A stretch of DNA of 64,000 bases, taken from assembly GCF_006345805.1 (NCBI RefSeq), contig NC_043020.1, positions 14,694,001 through 14,758,000 of the forward strand, in the 5' to 3' direction. Below the pieces are notes generated by a model. That model had not been told where the DNA came from, did no database searches, and worked only from the letters and a program-made list of their open reading frames with translations. Position numbers and translations under genes: made by a program. Every line of letters starts with the position of its first letter. Within the stretch, counting starts at the first letter, position 1. This document shows, piece after piece, positions 10,374 to 24,682 of this stretch. This stretch comes from Octopus sinensis (taxonomy: Eukaryota).

Positions 10374-11312
10374 CTAGCATTAAAGACCCGTCGTTGCCGG
10401 GTCATAGTGCTAGTGCATGTATATATGTGATAACAATACTCAAAATATATAACAGACTGGAATTGTTAGCCCGTCTCTTGTAATTTCGATCAATTGTATC
10501 TTGTCCTCCCTCTTGTATAGAAGTGTGGCTACAATCCAGCCTACCTCTACTTCTGGTGGGGGTGGGGGGATCATTTAAAATTTTTTTCCGGGACGTCCTA
10601 CGTCCTAGATATAAAGGTAAAAATAAAATATTTCCACTTTGCAAGTTTGAGTCGAGTACTCCCTTGCATGCTCCATTGACTCAAACCTTGCTTCTATTGT
10701 GGCGAATTTACCGCCTCTGATTAGATATCTTTCATAGTCACACCAAGACACTTTTCGAAGGTGCTTTCCTCCATGTGTTCAAATCTTCTTTTTTCTCTAC
10801 ATTGTATACTTTATAGACAATAGTCTTTTCTTTAATTTAATTTTTTATTATCCATCTGGACGTTCTGCACGTTAATTTTATTTTTAATTTATTCCCATTC
10901 ATGTGAAACCACTTATTCAAGTTCAAGTCATTGATGCAATTTTATATCAATTGCTATTTTTACTTTTGTTATGTTACAATTATATTATACTTTAGTTTGA
11001 TTTTAATTATTACTTACTACATATAATTCAATTGTTATTATTATTTTTACTGTTAAAGTGAAAGTATCTGACATAAAATAGAGAAATGTTTTTGTTTCAC
11101 TTTTAACACGTAATATTGAAATAGTGGAGAAGATATGATATTGCTATGGGCTCGCTCTAGGCAAGAAGATGAACATTTTTTTGCCCATGAAACTACTTGG
11201 ACCCTAAGTAAAGCATGTGTAAAAATTGAATGAAATTGGTTGTGTAGTTCTCAAGTTTTAGGGAAACACACAGACAGACAGACACACATTCTCAGTTTTA
11301 TATATATAAAGA
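10374..11312 (-). mobile_element. Non-autonomous Helitron
   Basis: Minus strand: A|TCTTTATATATATAAAA..(TGTC)n ... hairpin GACCCG-GCAACGA-CGGGTC ... CTAG|T. Confidence 0.85.
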
Positions 11313-12700
11313 TAGTAGTATGATGTGATTTGTGTGAGACTTGGCTCCTATTTCTAGCAGGTTACGTAACTGGATAGAATTTCCCTCACTGGGTCAAACT
11401 TCAATGTGTTGTCGTATCAGTTGTATGTATTTGATAGAGTTACATCAATATTCATTACTTGCATCTGGACTTGAATTTAGAAATACAATTATACCCAGAC
11501 ATCAAAGTGCGGGAGAGCAAAAGTTCTCTTGGACAAATATGGTAGTAATTTGGTTCCAAATAATTACTTCTTTAGAATGCTGACAGTTACTATCTCGTTT
11601 CTATGGACATATTGATTATATTGATCAGCTATCAAGAAGTTGAGAGTATCAAAGTATAAAATATGCAAATATGTGTACGCGTGTGGAGTGGTCTCTGTGT
11701 GTGTGTGTGTGTGTCGGTGGCAATGCAAATAAGAATGTTATTTACTTGTATTTTATATTGCGGCTACTGGACACTTGTGGTAATGGTGTTACATTTGTCC
11801 AAAATATAGAGAATCTGTGATTGGTCAAGCGGTCAATCAGTGATTCATTACTTTTTTTAGATAAAAGCAACAAGATTGTCGAACTCAACAGAATAAACAA
11901 CAGGCGAGACATTTATATTTGATTCTGCTAGTTTTCGAGATCACCTTGCTAATGCTTACATCTTTTTATATATATATATATATATATATGGTCATTTCGG
12001 CTTGACCGCAGCCACGTTAACGTTGTTTTCGTTTTTGCCGTTAAAGGTTTGTTTCATATACGCCAGCCAAGATAAGTTAAAAATTGTCTAAAGTCCACCA
12101 TTCGTGTTTTTTATTTCTGTTTTTTATTTCTATTTTTGTTTCTTGTATTTATATTCGTGTGGCATCCTGTCTTTGTTTCATATACATTTGATCCTCTTTC
12201 CAAGAAATCTAATGCCTGTGGCTTGGTTTTTCCTTGGGGCTGGCCGGTTCAGAGTAATATCAAGATTAAACAGCCGAAATTACTAAGATCATCCGGTTTC
12301 CGACTGAAGATTAGAGGCTTCGAGTGACCCGTCTGTTTTTTTTGTGTCGTCTCTTTGTGTGTTTTTGCGTTCTTGTCCCACTTTGTAATTTATATTTTAT
12401 ATTTAATTTCTATACATATATATATATATATATATCCTTAAATCCTTAAATCCTTAAAAATGCTTCAGCCCGAAGGCTGCGGCCATGCTGGGGCACCACT
12501 GCTGAATGAGCTACACTAATATGTGAATCCACCTCTGATACGTGGCACTTGGTCAACTAGGGAGTTTGATGCCGCTGCCCGCATCTGTGTCTCCTGCCGT
12601 GAGGTAGGTTCATCTGGGACACCCGACAAGAAGAGATCCAGTTTAGTTTTAAAGAAACCCACATCCACACCATGCATTTAGGGAGGATGTTATATATATT

Positions 12701-13107
12701 ACTCTTTTACTCTTTTACTTGTTTCAGTCATTTGACTGCGGCCATGCTGGAGCACCGCCTTTTAGTCGAGCAAATCGACCCCGGGACTTATTCTTTGTAA
12801 GCCCAGTACTTATTCTATCGGTCTCTTTTGCCGAACCGCTAAGTGATGGGGACGTAAACACACCAGCATCGGTTGTCAAGCAATGCTAGGGGGACAAACA
12901 CAGACACACAAACACACACACACATACATATATATACATATATACGACAGGCTTCTTTCAGTTTCCGTCTACCAAATCCACTCACAAGGCATTGGTTGGC
13001 CCGGGGCTATAGCAGAAGACACTTGCCCAAGATGCCACGCAGTGGGACTGAACCCGGAACCATGTGGTTGATTAGCAAGCTACATACCACACAGCCACTC
13101 CTGCGCC
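12701..13107 (-). mobile_element. tRNA-SINE family 1 copy (opposite-strand copy at 13464-13880)
   Basis: Family consensus is recognisable end to end. Confidence 0.85.
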
Positions 13108-14145
13108 ATATATGGTGACATTTCTTTTCACTTTTGTGTTCAGTTATAATAAATACAAATTTATATTAATCTGATGGGTTACTCCACACTTTTGTAGAGT
13201 ACAGATTTGTTATTCTTTAACAAGATTATTATTAACAGTGACTTCAAAGTTTTGGCCAGTTATGGCCTCGTTGGTCTGCTGCCTTCAAAGTCACTGCCAG
13301 TAATATTCTTAAAATAGCATATATCATCATCGTTCATCATCGTTTAACGTCCGTTTTCCATGCTAGCATGGGTTGGACGGTTCAACTGGGGTCTGGGAAG
13401 CCAGGAGGCTGCGCCAGGCCCAGTCTGATCTGGCAGCGTTTCTACAGTTGGATGCCCTTCCTAACGCATAGGAGTGGCTGTGTGAAGTAGCTTGCTTATG
13501 AACCACATAGTTCCTGGTTCAGTCCTACTGTGTGGCACCTCGGGCCAGTATCTTCTACTATAGCCTCGGGCCGACCAAAGCCTTGTGAGTGGATTTGGTA
13601 GACGGAAACCGAAAGAAGCTTGTTGTATATATGCATATATATGTGTGTGTGTGTGTGTGTATGTTTGTGTGTATATGTTTGTGTGTCTGTATTTGTCCCC
13701 CCCAACATCGCTTGACAACCGATGCTGGTGTGTTTACGTCCCTGTAACTTAGAGGTTCAGTAAAAGAGACCGATAGAATAAGTACTAGGCTAACAAAGAA
13801 TAATTCCTGGAGTTGATTTACTCAACTAAAGGTGGTGCTCCAGCATGGCCACAGTCAAATGACTGAAACAAGTAAAAGAGTATATATATAGTTTTTCTAC
13901 CTATTATATACATTATATTATTCTTGTAATTTACTTAATCTTTACTTTTTAATTGTTATTTTAATTTTAACTTTTCTATTATATGTAATTTTCTAGATGG
14001 TGTAATTTAATCATTCATTTTGAATTGATAAAAGGTGGTTTTTTCTAATATTTTTTATATATTATATTGTGTGGAATTTGATTTAGTATTTCTAAATTGA
14101 ATTCTTTTTCCTTGTAAGTTTGGATTTTATTCCCTCAAATAATAA

Positions 14146-14209
<64 letters not shown>

Positions 14210-14358
14210 TTCCCTCATATAATAATTAATATATATATATATATATATATATATTGGAAAATGTGTGATATCCTTGGTACATTTAGGTATATTTGAAAAA
14301 GGAAAAACAATAACTTCGCTGGTAGTTCTAATCAATTTAATTTTTAATTTTCTAATAA

Positions 14359-14753
14359 TCTTTATATATAAAAGTCAAGTTGTGTGTCTGTCTCCTATGA
14401 TTTAGATTCCTAACTACTCCCACATTTTGCGGTGCAGTTTAACCAAAACCGGGTATCTTATAGTCGTGATTCATATCGAGCCCTTCTGGGTATTAGCGCG
14501 TGTCTACGATGAGTCTACGATTTAAAAAAAAATTTACCATCATTTTTTTCCATTTTAATGCATTTTTTCGCTATTATATAAGGGAAGTAACTCTCTAAAA
14601 ATGTCTATGATGAGTCAACGATTTAAAAAAAATTACCATAATTTTTTTCCCATTTTTAATGCATTTTTTTGTTATTTTTTGGCTATAACTCTCTAAAAAT
14701 ACTTTATAGTTATTTCCCTTACAAACCCGAGCAACGCCGGGCGATACTGCTAG
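14359..14753 (+). mobile_element. Non-autonomous Helitron (395 bp)
   Basis: A|TCTTTATATATAAAA ... CCCG-AGCAACGC-CGGG ... CTAG|T, with an internal duplication of about 70 bp (14502-14572 / 14603-14674). Confidence 0.85.
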
Positions 14754-15651
14754 TATAATATAATTTTACAGTTTGGTTTGTAGATCTAGTAAGTTCTTTG
14801 TTAACTTCAGTGGGGAGATTTTTTAAAAGATTCCTTGTTAACCTTTCTGGAGAACTTTCTTGGTGACAGTTGTCAAACTGATCTCAGGTTGTGTTGCGCT
14901 GTGTGATTCTATATATAAGAGATCTGGGTATGTCTGGGGTGGGGTTGGGGTTTGTTAATAAGTGTGGGATTGAAGGAGTGTTGATGAACAAGAGCTGAAA
15001 GAAAATAGTGAAAGATAAAAACAAGATAATTGGGAGGTGGTGGAGTGTTTAAGGGGTGTTTTCTGAAGGGCTTGTGAAAATGTCCTTCCGTTGGTTCCAT
15101 CTGAATAGTTGACCTTTAGTGAAAAATATAATGGTCGGATGTTTTTCAAATTCTCTTACGGCTGAACCAACTATCTCAATTTCCTAAAGAGAAGCTTAAG
15201 TAATTTTCTATATTAAAGATGAGTTTAGGTGTGTGTCTGGGAGGAGGGTGTTTATGAGATGTCTTATGATAAAAAAGAGGATGATAGCAGAGAGAAAAAT
15301 ATATATAAGGTTAGTTTTGGAATGTTTATTGACAGAAATATATTTTTTTATCTTGGTTTGGGAGGAGAGGTGGGGAGAGATCTTGCTAGCTCACATAATT
15401 ACTTCCCTACATATAAACAAGCAAAAATTATACATACATACATACATACGCACACACACAAAACCATGATGGTATCTCTTAATTATAATTTTAATAATAA
15501 TTATTACTTATTTAGATTTTTATTCCCATGCTGGCCTCCTGCTAGGATCGGTATTTTAAATAACGATCTTATCCTGAGTTATATAAATTTATATATTTAT
15601 TTCGTCATTATATTCACACACATATTATATATTATATATTATATATTATAT

Positions 15652-15700
<49 letters not shown>

Positions 15701-15719
15701 ATATATATTATATATATAT

Positions 15720-15771
<52 letters not shown>

Positions 15772-15900
15772 ATATGTATATATATAATAATAATATTAGG
15801 GAGTAAATCCAAACTTACAGGGATTTTCACTGTTTGATTTGCCTTATAGTGGTTTTATCTCTAATTTAATATATATATACTCAGAGTTTCCTGTTCCTGT

Positions 15901-17035
15901 TTAATAATAATAATAAAACATTGTGTACAGTGCTCAGGTGCACTACAACTCATCTAAAGTGTATGTATAATCAGGTGTAGTTTCGGTGGATTTCGGAAAG
16001 CATGAGGGCCTTAAAGGATGCAGTGTCATGGCAGTCAACAACTAACGCAGGCAGTTTGTTCCATGCTTCAGCAACTATGAGCGTGAAAAAATGTTTCCGA
16101 AAGTCATGGGAGCTGTGTTGTTTTCTGACTTTGTAGGCATGTCCACGTGTGTTAGACACATGGAGATCAAAAAGGTGTTCAGTGTTGTTGTTGGTGAGGT
16201 GGTTGATAACTTTGGGGGTGTTTACCAAGTCCATCACCAGACACCAGAGCTTCAGTGAATCCATGCCCAGGGAAACAAGGCGCTCAGAGTATGGTAGGTG
16301 TCTGATGGAGGGTATGCGTTTGGTTGCACGTCTCTGAACAGATTCCAGGAGGTCAATGTTCTGAGCAAGATAGGGGTTCCAAACTGATGATATGAATTCC
16401 AAGTGTGGTCGTACCATAGCTGTATACAGCTTTAAATAGATGGCTGGAGAGCGGCTAACAAAAGTCTTGCTGAGTGATGCCAAGACACCCTCGGCCTTCT
16501 TGACAATTTTAGAGATATGCTTTGTCCAACGCAAATCACTGCTGACAGTGATGCCTAGGTCACACTCGCAAGAGGATTTCTTGATATCAGTGTTGTGAAG
16601 GGAGTATGTGGATGCAGGGTTTTTTCTCCCAAAATGCATGGTGGTACACTTGTCCACAGCCAGTTTCAGTTGCCAGTCTGTGATCCATTGCTGCATTGTG
16701 TCCAGGTCTGATTGCAGGAAAGAGCTGTAGACAACAGGATCTGTCCTCTTGATTTCAAGGTATAGCTTGATGTCGTCTGCATATTTCAATACTGTGGCAT
16801 TCTTTAAATTGGCATCTATGTCATTAATGTATGCCACAAACAAGAGGGGACCAAGAACAGATCTCTGTGGTACACCTGATGACATCTCATATGGTGTAGA
16901 ATGCTGTCCTAGAACTGTGACTACCTCCTTTCGGCTGAGAATGAAGGATTTCAACCAGTTAAAAAGATCATCCCTCACACCCATTGCAGAGAGTTTCACC
17001 ATAAGCCTTTTGTGTGGTTTATCAGACAAAACTGC
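15901..17035 (-). mobile_element. 5'-truncated CR1/L2-clade LINE; open RT C-terminal ORF 17029-15971
   Basis: GVPQRSVLGPLLF..YINDI, YADD, QRRATK and TRGHAYK motifs; (TTA)n tail at about 15901. Confidence 0.9.
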
Positions 17036-17629
17036 CTGTCGAATGGGAACAGAAAACTCTGAGTAACAGTTTTTGTGATATCTTGCTGCTTTTTAAATAA
17101 AGCATATTACTCTATGTCCAGTATTTGAGTACTATTTTTTCCACCCTGTTTCACATTTACGTGCTTACTTTGGCATATATATTTATATATAGAATATGGG
17201 GGGTTTAGTTTACTTGTAATCTTAACAAATAGGTATGCTGGGTAAGTGCTATAATTGGTTGACCATTAAGTTCCAAGATCGCAGCTAAGGCTGATCAAGG
17301 GATTCATATTGAGTTCCGTTATAGCATATATATATTATATTAGTGGAAAAATCAAAACTAGGAAGAATGAGTCATTTAGAATAATTTAATGAGGGTAAGG
17401 TGAATTTGAAGTCTTACAACCATTTCCAGGATAGCCCAAGAGGCTGGTTAGCGTATCCATGCACTGGATATTCTGTTATCAGCATGAATATTTTAGATGG
17501 GGAAAATTTACAGTTTACAAGGAAAAGAATTCACAGTTTATAAAGAATAAAATAGAAGAGTAAAGTAGTAAAAGTTGTTAGAAGAATATAGGCAGGAGAA
17601 TAATATATTTATATATGTTTATATATATT

Positions 17630-18170
17630 TGAGAAGACCCGGCAAGCCAAGTGAGACCATAACATGTGGCCTATGCCAGGGGTGTAACCAGCTCTCTTGT
17701 GCATATCTTTCCTTCATTGGACACTAAACTCTGCTTGCGAAGACCTGTTGAGGCAAATGAAATCAAAATCGAAATCAAATTTGATGACTGGCATCTGTGT
17801 TGGTGGAGCGCTAAGACCACCATCAAAGCGAGATCGTTGCCAGAGCAACAAACTGGCTTCCGTGCTGGTGGCATGTAAAAAGCACCATTTGAGCATAATT
17901 GTTACCAGCGTTGCCTTACTGGCACTTGTGCTGGTGCCACGGGAAAAAATATTCGAGCGAGGTCGTTGCCAGTGCCACTGGACTGGCTCCTGTGCAGGTG
18001 GCACGTAAAAAACACCATTTGAGCATGGCCATTGCCAGTACCGCCTGACAGGCCCTCGTGCCGGTGGCACGTAAAGGCACCCACTACACTCTTAGAGTGT
18101 ATGGTGTTAGGAAGGGTATCCAGCTTTAGAAACTCTGCCAGATCAGATTGGAGCTTAGTGCAGCCATCTG
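17630..18170 (+). mobile_element. RTE LINE 3' UTR fragment
   Basis: Matches the 3' UTR of 19590-21423, including the GTGCC-N3-GGCAC repeat units. Confidence 0.75.
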
Positions 18171-18247
18171 GGAAGTAAGCTTTTTATCACACAGCCATGC
18201 CTGCACCTATAGATAGATACACACACACACACACATAAACACACACA

Positions 18248-18290
<43 letters not shown>

Positions 18291-18668
18291 TTGGTAGAAC
18301 AAACAGAAAAAAGAGAATTCAATATATGAATATCTAGTAGTCCATTGGTTACGACAATGAGGGTCGCTGCTGATATGATCAATGTAACAGCTTGCTCCCA
18401 AAATTAACATGAAAGTGGTTGAGCACTCCACAGACATGTGTACCCTTAAAGTAGTTCTCAGGGAGGTTCAGCATGATACAGGGTGTGACAAGGCTGGCCC
18501 CTTTAAAATACAGGTACTACTCATTTTTGCCAGCTGAGTGGACTGGAGCAACATGAAATAAAGTGACTTACTCAAGGACACAATACACCACTGGGAATTG
18601 AACTCATGATCTTACAATCATGAGCTAAATGCCCTAACCACTAAGCCACAAGCTTTCACATATGAGTA

Positions 18669-18714
<46 letters not shown>

Positions 18715-18718
18715 GCAC

Positions 18719-18817
<99 letters not shown>

Positions 18818-18873
18818 ATATATCATCATCATCGTTTAACGTCCGCTTCCAATGCTAGCATGGGTTAGACCCA

Positions 18874-18910
<37 letters not shown>

Positions 18911-19205
18911 ATATAGGCTTGAAACGTAAAAGACTTTTCTTTTTACCAAGCGTCAAACTAATACACTTGCTTGTTGTTCATACACCTGCCTTCCTCTTTT
19001 GTTTCTCTATAAATTTCAACTATATATATAATATATATATACATTGGCAATTAGGCGGATAAACAAACTAAATATATCAAATATATTAAATACAACAGTT
19101 TGGGTATGAAATACATGCTTGAGGAGACCTACTGAGTCAAGTACATCAAAATAAAAATCAAATGGAAATACATCCATCCATCCATACATACATACATACA
19201 TATAT

Positions 19206-19267
<62 letters not shown>

Positions 19268-19361
19268 TAAATATATATATATAAATATATATATATATTA
19301 CATAATAGTGGTTTTTCTCTAATTTATATATATTATATAAATATATACATGTATATGTATG

Positions 19362-19397
<36 letters not shown>

Positions 19398-19589
19398 TAT
19401 ATATGTATAAATCTTTATTTAAATATATTCAATGAGAATATCATATACTGATTTATATTGAGTGCTCTTTTGTATCAAAGTATTAATACTATTAAATTAT
19501 TTATATATTTAATACACTTGTATATCTTTCTGAGGACTTCTGATATTGATTTCCTGACATTAATAATAATATATTATTTATATATATAT

Positions 19590-21423
19590 ATCATCATAAT
19601 CATCATCCTCGTTTCACATTCGCTTTCCATGCTAGCATGGGTTGGACGACTTTGACTGAGAGCTGGCGAACCAGATGGCTGCACCAGGCTCCAATTTTGA
19701 TCTGGCAGAGTTTCTACAGCTGGATGCCCTTCCTAATGCCAACCACTCCAAGAGTGAAGTGGGTGATTTTTACGTGCCACTGCCATGGGACCCAGTCAGG
19801 TGGTACTGGCAATGACCTCGCTCGAATCTTTTTACACGTGACACCGGCACAGGTGCCAGTGAAGCGACGTTGGTAACGATCACGCTCGAATGGTGCCCTT
19901 TTACGTGCCACGGGTACAGAAGCCAGTTGGCTGCTCTGGCAATGATCATGCTCGGATGATGCTCTTGGCACCCTACTAGCACAAGCATAAGTGCCAGTAA
20001 GGCGACGCTGGTAATGATCATACTCGAATAGCTGCTGAGTCAACGATCACACTCGTATGGTGCTCTTTGCACCCCGCTAGCATGGATGCCAGTCATCGAA
20101 TTGATTTTGATTTCACTTGCCTCAACAGGTCTTCGCAAGCAGAGTTTAGTGACCAAAGAAGGAAAAGGTATGCATAAGCGGGCTGGTTACGTTCCTGGCA
20201 TAGGCTACAGGTTATGGTCTCATTTGCTGGATGTTCTTGAGCACAGCATATTTCCAAAAGTCTTGGTCACTAGTCATTTCCTTGGCGAGGCCTAATGTTC
20301 GAAGGCTGTGCTTCACCACTTCATCCCAGGTCTACCTCTTCCACAGGTTCCCTCAACCGCTAGGGTGTAGCACTTTTTCACACAGCTATCCTCATCCATT
20401 CTCGCCACATGACCATACCAGCGCAGTCGTCTCTCTTGCCCACCACATCTAATGCGTCTTAGGTCCAACTTTTCTCTCAAGGTACTTACACTCCCTCGAG
20501 TATGCACACTAACATTACACATCCATCGGATCATACTGGCTTCATTCCTTGTGAGCTTACGCATGCCCTCAGCAGCCACAGCCCATGTTTCACTGCCGTG
20601 TAGCATGGCTGATCGTACACATGCATCATACAATCTACTTTTTACTCTGAGCAAGAGGCCCTTTGTCACGAGCAGAGGTAAGAGCTCTCTGAACTTTGCC
20701 CAAGCTATTTTTATTCTAGCAGCTACACTTTCAACACACCCTCCTCCGCTACTGATTTGGTCACCTAGATAACGGAAGCTATCAACTACTTCTAGTTTTT
20801 CTCCCTGGAATGTAGCGGAAGTTGGTCTCTGTGCATTTTCAGTGTTTATCACTCCCAAGCATCTGCAACATACAAAAACTATCCTCCCAGTTAGCCTTCC
20901 TTTGATATTGCTGCACCTCTTATGTGTCCATAGCTTACACTGGGTACATCTTATAAAGTTTCTACCTACGCCTCTACTATAGATCGAGCAGGGCCATCTA
21001 CCTGAAGGGATTTGTGGCTTGCCTGCCTTCCTACTTATTAGGACTTTGGTTTTAGCTAGGTTGATTCTAAGGCCCTTCGATTCTAATCCTTGTTTCCACA
21101 CTTGAAACTTCTCCTCTAGTTCTGATAGTGACTCAGCAATTAGAGCAAGGTTGTCAGCATAGAGGAGCTCCCAGGTGCTCTGTTATTGCCTGGAGGACTA
21201 TGATAAATAGGAGGAGGCTGAGGACTGAACCCTGGTGGACCCCAACCTCTACCTTGAAATCTTCAGTGTACTCGTTACCAACTCTTACCTTACTTACAGC
21301 GTCCCTGTACATGGCTTGCACAGCTCTCACCAACCATTCATCTATCCCTAGTTTCCTCATTGACCACCAGATAAGGGATTGGGGGACCCTGTCAAAGGCT
21401 TTCTCCATGTTAATGAAAGCCAT
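19590..21423 (-). mobile_element. 5'-truncated RTE-clade LINE (RT, C-terminus, 3' UTR, (GAT)n tail), frameshifted
   Basis: MEKAFDRVP, GVHQGSVLS.LLF, ELLYADNL (YADD mutated), FRYLG and RRLRWYGHVARM. Contiguous with the abundant 3' UTR family. Confidence 0.9.
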
Positions 21424-21928
21424 ATATATATATGACAGGCTTCTTTCAATTTCTGTCTACCAAATCCACTCATAAGGCTTTGGTTGACCCAATGCTATAG
21501 TAGAAGATGCCATGCAGTGCATCTGAACCATGAACCCTGTGGTTGGGAAGCATGCTTCTTACCACACAGCCACACTTGCGCCTACTTTTTATTATTTATT
21601 ATTTTCATTATTTGATGGATTTGGTAAGTGCCATGTTTGAAACTCTCAGCCCTTGAGTCACTTTTATAACTTTTTGCTGAGAAAAATAATAAAAAAGCAT
21701 ATATATACATGTGTGTGTGTGTGTGTGTTTGTGTGTGTATATCATCATCATCATCATCATCGTTTAACGTCCGTTCTCCATGCTAGCATGGGGTGGACGG
21801 TTCGACCAGGGTCTGGGAAGCCAGAAGGCTTCATCAGGCTCCGGTCTTATCTGGCAATGTTTCTACAGCTGGATGCCCTTCCTATATATATATATATATA
21901 TGTATGTATGTGTGTATGTATATATATA

Positions 21929-21965
<37 letters not shown>

Positions 21966-22052
21966 GCGAGAGTGTGGATTTCCACCTCGGCATCCGAAAC
22001 TCGGAGTTTTATCTTAGCTAGCGAATAATTTTCAGATTATTTTACAGATATA

Positions 22053-22053
22053 T

Positions 22054-22089
<36 letters not shown>

Positions 22090-23215
22090 GTTTAGCGTCC
22101 GTTTTCCATGCTAGCATGGGTTGGACGGTTCAACTGGGGTCTGTGAAGTCGGAAGGCTTCATCAGGCCTAGTCAGATCTGGCAGTGTTTCTACAGCTGGA
22201 TGCCCTTCCTAACGCCAACCACTCTGTGATTGTAGTGGGTGCTTTTTACGTGCCACCTGCACAGGTGCCAGACAGAGCTGGCAAACGGCCAAGAACGGAT
22301 GGTGCTTTTTATGTGCCACCGGCACGGGGGCCAGGCGAAGCTGGCAACGGACACGAACGGATGGTGCTTTTTACGTGCCACCGGTACGAGGCCAGTCGGG
22401 GTGGCGCTGGCAACGGTCACGAACGGATGGTTCTCTTACATGCCACCAGCACTGGTAACACATCTGCAATTTCCCTTGATCGATTTTGATTCTGATCCTC
22501 ACTTGCCTCAACAGGTCTTCACAAGTAGAGTTTTGTGTCCCAAGAAGGGAAGGTATGCATACGTAGGCTGGCTCCATCCCATGTAGAAGGCCACATGGAT
22601 GAAGATAGTTGTGTGAAAAAGTGCCACACCCTAGCGGTTGAGGGAACCTGTGGAAGAGGCAGACCCAGGAAAACCTGAGACGAGGTGGTGAAGCACGACC
22701 TTCGAACTTTAGGTCTCACTGAGGAAATGACTAGAGACCGAGTCCTCTGGAAGTGTGCTGTGCGCGAAAAGACCCGGCAGGACAAGTGAGACCATAACCC
22801 GTGGCCTTCTACATGGAATGGAGCCAGCCTACGTATGCATACCTTCCCTTCTTGGAACACAAAAGCACCATCCGAATGTGGTTGATGGCTCCCATGCTGG
22901 TGGCATGTAAAAAGCACCTTCCAAATATGGCTGAAGCCAGTGCTCCTCGACTGGCTCCTATGCCGATGGCACATAAAAAGCACCATCCGAACGTGATCGA
23001 TGCCAGTGCCACCTGACTGGCTCTCATGCTAGTGGCATGTAAAAAGCACCCACTACACTCTTGTAACGGTTGGCATTAGGAAGGGCATCCAGCTGTAGAA
23101 TCCTTGCCAGATCAGATTGGAGCCTGGTGCAGCCTACTGGTTTGCCAGTCCTCAGTCAAACTGTCCAACCCATACCAGCATCGAAAGCGGACGTTAAACG
23201 ATGATAATGATGATA
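22053..23215. mobile_element. Two RTE 3' ends joined head-to-head (minus copy 22053-22588, plus copy 22589-23215)
   Basis: (ATC)n at the left end and (GAT)n at the right end. The plus copy includes the ORF C-terminus MDEDSCVKKCHTLAVEGTCGRGRPRKT. Confidence 0.75.
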
Positions 23216-23931
23216 ATTTGCTGGTTGTTTCAAGGATAATTTTAGTATTAATATCAACACATCATAAAACAGTATTAATTTATTATTGATCCTCACGAAT
23301 CTTTGAGTGTCTCCATTGTGGTTTACAAATCAAAATTTATTACCTTGGCCAGGTAACCATGCACTCCTTAAAGAAAGTTAATGAGGCATCACAACAAAAG
23401 AATCCCTTACACCCAGATACTGCATCAGATGATGAAATTCTTGAAAACAATGTCTGTCTGTGAGGTAGAGTGAGAGGAGGGACCTGAATGAAGTGGATTT
23501 TGGTGAGGTGGACATAGACATGGCAATGTGGTGGTGGTGGTGGTGGTGGTGGTGGTAGTGTGTGTGTGTGTGTTGTGGATGTTGTGTGTGTTGTGTGTGC
23601 ATGCAAGTGTGTGTGTGTGTGTGTGTGTGTGGATGTGAGTATTTTTGTGAGTGCATGTGTGTATATGTGTGTGTGTATGTTGCAAGTGTATGTGTGTGTG
23701 CATGCATGTGTGAGTGTGTGTGTGTGCATGTGTATGTAAGTGTGTGCGGATATGAGTATGTGTGTGAGTGTGTGTGTGTGTGTGCATGCATGTATGTGCA
23801 TGCACATGAGCGTGTTTAAATGTGTGTGTGTTTGTGCATGCATGCATGCCAGTGTGTGTGTGTGTGTGTATGTGTGTGTGCATGCATGTGTGGGTGTGTG
23901 AATGTGTGTGTGTTTGTGTATGCATGCATGC

Positions 23932-23970
<39 letters not shown>

Positions 23971-24682
23971 TGTGCATGCATGTGTGTGTGTGCGAATGTG
24001 TGTGTGTGCATGAATGTGAGTGCATGTTTAAGTTTGTGTGTGAGAAGACAGATAGACATGACAGGTCATTCTTAGTGCTACTGGTAATGTCTATCTGTCT
24101 TCTCACACACAAACTTAAACATTCATGCACACACACACTACTCACTCATGCCACAGATTATCATCATCATCATTGTTTAACGTCCGTTCTCCATGCTAGC
24201 ATGGGTTGGACGGTTCGACCGGGGTCTGGGAAACCAGAAGGCTGCACCAGGCTCCAGTCTGATCTGGCAGTGTTTCTACTGCTGGATGACCTTCCTAACG
24301 CCAACCACTCCGTGAGTGTAGCGGGTGCTTTTTACTTGCCACCGGCACAGGTGCCAGGCGAGGCTGGCAATGGCCACGATCGGATTAGTGCTTTTTACGT
24401 GCCACCGGCAGAGAAGCCAGTCGAAGCAGCGCTGGCATCGGCCATGTTCGGATGGTGCTTTTTACATGCCACCGGGACCACAGCTGCAGTAAACTTTAAA
24501 TATTTTTCCAATTTAAGCCCAATCCCATACCTGGATCCTTTGATGCCCTTAGTGGAATTAGCTTAGTTACAATCACTGGGTGAAGTTTCTGGTCTGAGAA
24601 TGACTTCTTGCTTTTGTTTCATTTATCATAGAGAACCCACAAAATGTCACAGTCCCTGGCCTTCTTCAGTTGAATAAGTCTT

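Noticed and set aside
12270-12325. GAAA...CTGAAGA arrangement suggesting a type II hammerhead
   Set aside because: Stems I-III cannot be formed cleanly around the core.
14950-15150. Possible GIY-YIG relic (YSDGTNGRTFSQALQK) on the minus strand
   Set aside because: Too short and degenerate to support without an HMM search.
17411-17486. Hammerhead-like CTGATAA-CAG..CTG-GAAA-TGGTTG-TA-AGAC on the minus strand
   Set aside because: G8A, stem I does not pair and stem III is broken; at most a decayed relative.
23340-24566. Long His/Thr or Cys/Val ORFs (also 33487-35558, 38678-39202, 50531-51361, 58783-59378, 61116-61708)
   Set aside because: Stop-free frames of (CA)n, (TA)n, (TATG)n and (CAT)n microsatellites.
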